Shown here: in pieces, positions 60,115 to 64,000 of the stretch
Numbering within the stretch: position 1 is the first letter of the stretch
Layout of the letters: each line of letters begins with the position of its first letter
Assembly (NCBI GenBank): GCA_963663805.2
Contig: CAXXMR010000011.1
Coordinates: forward strand, 64,001-128,000
From: Sedimentisphaerales bacterium
GTDB taxonomy: Bacteria; Planctomycetota; Phycisphaerae; Sedimentisphaerales; SM23-30
DNA length: 64,000 nt
Reading direction: 5' to 3'
Translations under genes and position numbers: made by a program
Notes under the pieces: generated by a model
What the model was told of the DNA's origin: nothing
The model's database searches: none
Seen by the model: only the letters and a program-made list of their open reading frames with translations

Positions 60115-61470
60115 ATGTCATTCAGTAAGGATTTCAAATGGGGCGTGGCGACTGCCTCTTATCAAATAGAAGGTGCTGTCAACAAGGACGGGCGTGGACC
60201 GTCGGTGTGGGATATGTTCTGCGGGAAAAAAGACGCGGTCTATCAAGGGCAGACCGGCAAGGTCACCTGCGACCATTATCACCGCTACGCTGAAGACGTC
60301 GATATAATGAAGCAGATGTCGGTTCAGGCCTATCGCATGTCGATAGCCTGGCCCCGGGTCATGCCCCAGGGTCGGGGACGGGTAAATCAGGCCGGTGTTG
60401 ATTTTTATGACCGGCTCATCGACGAACTGCTGGGTCAGGGCATCACCCCTTATATAACCTTGTTCCACTGGGACTATCCCTACGATCTTTTCTGTCAGGG
60501 CGGCTGGCTTAACAATGACAGCCCACAATGGTTCGCTGACTACACCAAAGTTATAATGGACAAATTCTCCGACCGTGTGAGCAACTGGATGACCCTTAAT
60601 GAGCCGCAGGTTTTTGTCTGCCTCGGCCATCACGACGGCATTCACGCACCCGGTCTGCAATACGGTTTCCGCGAAGTGCTGCGTGTCGGACACAATGTTA
60701 TGCTCGCTCACGGTCGGGCCGTACAAACTATCCGTGCCCACGCTAAAAAGACCCCCAACATTGGTTACGCGCCTGTTGGTTATCTAACCGTGCCGCGTGA
60801 CCAGAACTCTCCGGCTGACATCGAACTGGCCCGCAAAGAAACCTTCGCCGCCAAACCCCAAAACGCCTTCAATGCCGCCTGGTGGATGGACCCCATATTC
60901 AAGGGCCATTACCCCGAACAGGCCCTTGAGGTCTATGGCAAGGACGCCCCGGAATTTACCGACGAACAAATGAAAATCATTTCCGAGCCTATCGACTTCC
61001 TCGGCCTTAATATCTATTTCGCCTTTGAAGTTTATAAAGGCATGACCGAAAACTATGAAACCGCCCCGCGTGAAGATGGAGCGTGGTACACGCCCATGGG
61101 CTGGACCGTTGACCCGACCGCGTTGTACTGGGGGCCCAAATTCTATTATGAACGATACAAAACCCCCATCGCCATAACCGAAAACGGGATGGCCAACCTC
61201 GACTGCGTTTCTGAAGACGGCAAAGTACATGACCCCCAACGCATCGAGTTTCTCCGTCGCTACATCACCCAGCTAAAACGAGCCGCTAAAGAAGGCGTTG
61301 ATTTAAAAGCGTATTTCCAATGGTCCCTGCTCGATAATTTCGAGTGGGCTCTTGGTTTCAGTAAACGTTTCGGACTGGTTTATGTCGATTACGCCGACCA
61401 GAAAAGAATTATTAAAGATTCCGCCTGGTGGTACAAAAACCTAATCGAGACGAATGCCGAGCAGTTATGA
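60115..61470 (+). CDS. GH1 beta-glucosidase
   Basis: WGVATASYQIEG, TLNEP, ITENG, WSLLDNFEW. Confidence 0.95.
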   Translation: MSFSKDFKWGVATASYQIEGAVNKDGRGPSVWDMFCGKKDAVYQGQTGKVTCDHYHRYAEDVDIMKQMSVQAYRMSIAWPRVMPQGRGRVNQAGVDFYDRLIDELLGQGITPYITLFHWDYPYDLFCQGGWLNNDSPQWFADYTKVIMDKFSDRVSNWMTLNEPQVFVCLGHHDGIHAPGLQYGFREVLRVGHNVMLAHGRAVQTIRAHAKKTPNIGYAPVGYLTVPRDQNSPADIELARKETFAAKPQNAFNAAWWMDPIFKGHYPEQALEVYGKDAPEFTDEQMKIISEPIDFLGLNIYFAFEVYKGMTENYETAPREDGAWYTPMGWTVDPTALYWGPKFYYERYKTPIAITENGMANLDCVSEDGKVHDPQRIEFLRRYITQLKRAAKEGVDLKAYFQWSLLDNFEWALGFSKRFGLVYVDYADQKRIIKDSAWWYKNLIETNAEQL

Positions 61471-61481
61471 TAAGGTGTCCC

Positions 61482-63326
61482 ATGAATAAAAAGAAGTTCG
61501 TATTTCTGACTATAGCGTTAATCATGATTAGCGTGGGAGTAGGCCAGGCCGCCCCGCTCTACCGTAACATTCCCTTCTATCAGGGTATGAACGGTTACAA
61601 CACCTTCCGCATCCCGGCCCTTATCGAAGCTGGTGACGGTACTATCCTGGCCTTTTGTGAGGGGCGTGTCAACAGCTCCAGCGACACCGGCAACATTGAC
61701 CTCGTCCTGCGTCGCAGCTTTGACGGCGGGCAAACCTGGCAGAGCCTCCAGGTCGTCTGGAACGATTCGGTCCATACCTGCGGCAATCCGGTACCTGTCG
61801 TGGATGAGTCTAACGGTCGCGTCTGGCTGTTCATGACCCACAACCTGGGCCAGGATACACAATCTGAAATTTCAGCCGGAACTTCCGACGGGGTACGCAC
61901 CATCTGGTCCTGCTATAGCGACAATAACGGTGCCACCTGGTCAACTCCGGTCAACCGCTTTAATGAAGTTCAACCTTCAACAACCCGCTGGGACGCCACC
62001 GGTCCCGGCAACGGCATCCAGATTCAGGCAGGCTCGCATCCGGGGCGACTAATCATCCCGGCCATCAGACGAAACATCTACAGTGACGACCACGGCCAAA
62101 CCTGGCATGAAAGTGCCTACCTCGCCGCCGGCAGCGGTGAAGCAGCGTGCGTCGAACTCAACTACGGCGTACTAATGCGTAACGACCGCGGCGGCTCCGG
62201 TTACAATCAGTACAAACGACGACTCATCAGCTACAGCTATAACCAGGGCGCCTCCTGGACGCCCTGGCAGCTTGACGACGAACTCATCAGTCCGACCTGC
62301 CAGGCCAGCATAATTTCGCACCGCCATTCCGACGGGACACCCGTATGGCTGTTCTCAAACCCTGCCGCTTTGGAACGCGTCAAAATGACCGTACGCATCA
62401 GCGAAGACGAAGGCAGAAACTGGACCACAAAAAAACTTATCCATCGCAATGACTCCGCCTATTCATCACTGGCGAACCTTTCCGGCAGCAAAATTGGTCT
62501 GCTTTACGAGAACGGCCCCGACTGGCCCTATCGCAAAATATCATTCGCCAAATTCGATACCGAATGGCTGAGCGACCCCACCATCTTCCATTGGGACTTT
62601 GAACAGTTCCCCCCCGGCTCAACCCTCTCTACCGTCGCTGGTGCTGTACCTGACCAGCGTGGTTATGACCTGGACGGCCAGGCAGGTTTTGCGTTTGATA
62701 TTGTTGCCGGTTCAGAAAAATACCTCGGTACTGCCGCCGTCAGCTTCACCGGTAACGGTTACGGCATAACCATCGACGACGATGACGCTGCTGACATGCT
62801 CGACTTTGAAGCCGACGAAGATTTCCTTATTCGTGTTGTTTTCCGCACCGACCAGCACGACACCGGCGGCTCATCGGGTGCCGGCGCACTCGTTTCTAAA
62901 GATGTCGGCACCGGCTATCCCAGTTGGTGGTTCCGCGTTCAGGACGGCCTTTTGCGATTTTTTGTCACGGACGGCACGACCAGCGGCTCGGTCTATTCTG
63001 ATGTTAAAGTCAACGACGGGGTATGGCACGAAGCGGTCGCCGTCCGTAATACTCAGGACCAGAAAGTCAGAATATACCTCGACGGCCAACTCTCCGGCGA
63101 AGCAGACGACACCACCACCGCTTCTCTCGCCAACGACAACGCCGTAATGGTCGGTCGATTTAACAGTGGAACCTGCTCGTTCATTGGCGAAATCGACCGC
63201 GTATCAGTAATGGCCGCCACCCGCGAACAAATACTTCTGGTTCAGGACGGTGACCTTAACGGTGACTTTATGATAAACTCGGATGACCTGCTTATCCTGC
63301 TCGGTAACTGGCTATATTTTGAATAA
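61482..63326 (+). CDS. GH33 sialidase-family protein + LamG + dockerin-like tail
   Basis: FRIP, Asp boxes, SAYS; paralog of 56492; GDLNGDFMINSDDLLILLGNWL. Confidence 0.9.
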   Translation: MNKKKFVFLTIALIMISVGVGQAAPLYRNIPFYQGMNGYNTFRIPALIEAGDGTILAFCEGRVNSSSDTGNIDLVLRRSFDGGQTWQSLQVVWNDSVHTCGNPVPVVDESNGRVWLFMTHNLGQDTQSEISAGTSDGVRTIWSCYSDNNGATWSTPVNRFNEVQPSTTRWDATGPGNGIQIQAGSHPGRLIIPAIRRNIYSDDHGQTWHESAYLAAGSGEAACVELNYGVLMRNDRGGSGYNQYKRRLISYSYNQGASWTPWQLDDELISPTCQASIISHRHSDGTPVWLFSNPAALERVKMTVRISEDEGRNWTTKKLIHRNDSAYSSLANLSGSKIGLLYENGPDWPYRKISFAKFDTEWLSDPTIFHWDFEQFPPGSTLSTVAGAVPDQRGYDLDGQAGFAFDIVAGSEKYLGTAAVSFTGNGYGITIDDDDAADMLDFEADEDFLIRVVFRTDQHDTGGSSGAGALVSKDVGTGYPSWWFRVQDGLLRFFVTDGTTSGSVYSDVKVNDGVWHEAVAVRNTQDQKVRIYLDGQLSGEADDTTTASLANDNAVMVGRFNSGTCSFIGEIDRVSVMAATREQILLVQDGDLNGDFMINSDDLLILLGNWLYFE

Positions 63327-63369
63327 CTATTTTTTGTTTTAGTGCTTATGCGCACGAAAGGTAAACATT

Positions 63370-64000
63370 GTGAAAACTTCTAAAAAAATCTCAGGTGTAA
63401 TTGTCCCCATTATAACCCCCGTCGATGATCGTGACCGCGTAGACGAAAAATCCTTCCGTGCCGTCATCACCAACTGTCTTAACGCCGGTGTAAACGGTAT
63501 CTTCGTCGGCGGCTCAGCGGGTATGGGGCCGCTGCTGACCGAAACCCAATGGCGTCGCGCCATGGAAATCGCCCGCGATACCGTCGGTGCCGAATTCACC
63601 CTGATGGGCGGCATCATCTGCCCCTCTACCGGCCAGGCACTCGAACACCTTGCCTTCCTCGAAAAAACCGGCTTCGACACCTTTGCCATCACCCCAACGT
63701 TCTATATAACCATTGAACATGAAAACCAGTTTATCAAACATTTCGAAACCTGCTACAACAATACCGACATGGAAATGGTCGTTTACAATATCCCCGGCTG
63801 CACCAATTCCAACATTCCGCTCACGGCTGTCGCTCAGATGGCTGAAAAGGGCTGGTTCAAAGTCATGAAGGAAAGCAGCGGCGACAAAAACTATTTCACC
63901 GAGATAATGAAGATCGCTCGCGAACACGACCTCACTGTCTTGCAGGGCAGTGAAGTAGACATCGAATGGGGCCTGACCATCGGTGCTCAGGGAATAGTAC
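63370..64000 (+). CDS. DHDPS/N-acetylneuraminate lyase family aldolase (truncated by window end)
   Basis: Manual translation GVIVPIITP...GVNGIFVGGSAGMG...VYNIPGCT...MKESSGD. Confidence 0.88.
   Translation, partial: MKTSKKISGVIVPIITPVDDRDRVDEKSFRAVITNCLNAGVNGIFVGGSAGMGPLLTETQWRRAMEIARDTVGAEFTLMGGIICPSTGQALEHLAFLEKTGFDTFAITPTFYITIEHENQFIKHFETCYNNTDMEMVVYNIPGCTNSNIPLTAVAQMAEKGWFKVMKESSGDKNYFTEIMKIAREHDLTVLQGSEVDIEWGLTIGAQGIV

Overview
Two parts. (1) Bases <1 to ~49.35 kb hold a lambda-like long-tailed (siphovirus-type) prophage integrated at the 3' end of a tRNA-Lys(CTT) gene (49353-49425, minus strand); the other att end lies left of the window. It runs: leftward immunity/accessory genes (lipoprotein, DinD, RHH repressor); a rightward early operon (RHH/Xis-like regulators, DUF932, HNH, recombination genes, SSB, helicase, initiator with iterons, primase-helicase, RuvC-like, two methyltransferase-fold genes); a ParB + radical-SAM pair directly before the terminases; portal/head/fibre/tail genes; and a leftward integrase operon with a pentapeptide-repeat protein. 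Head and neck genes (~25.8-33.6 kb) contain many single-base insertions, most likely sequence-consensus errors. (2) Bases ~49.7-64 kb are host DNA: a TPR protein, then a GntR/LacI-type regulator and a glycan locus (prepilin/H-X9-DG protein, LamG protein, two GH33 sialidases, Tat sulfatase, GH1, DHDPS/NanA-family aldolase). The H-X9-DG prepilin and single C-terminal dockerin-like tags suggest a planctomycete host, probably Phycisphaerae (inference). Best leads: the ParB/SPL-like radical-SAM module (candidate packaging-linked DNA modification), a signal-peptide-like N-terminus on TerL, a tRNA-shaped ncRNA in the early operon, an RHH/RHH switch, GGA-loop hairpins before the scaffold gene, and lysis-like genes with no recognisable endolysin. 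All family calls come from motif recognition by eye; no database search was run.
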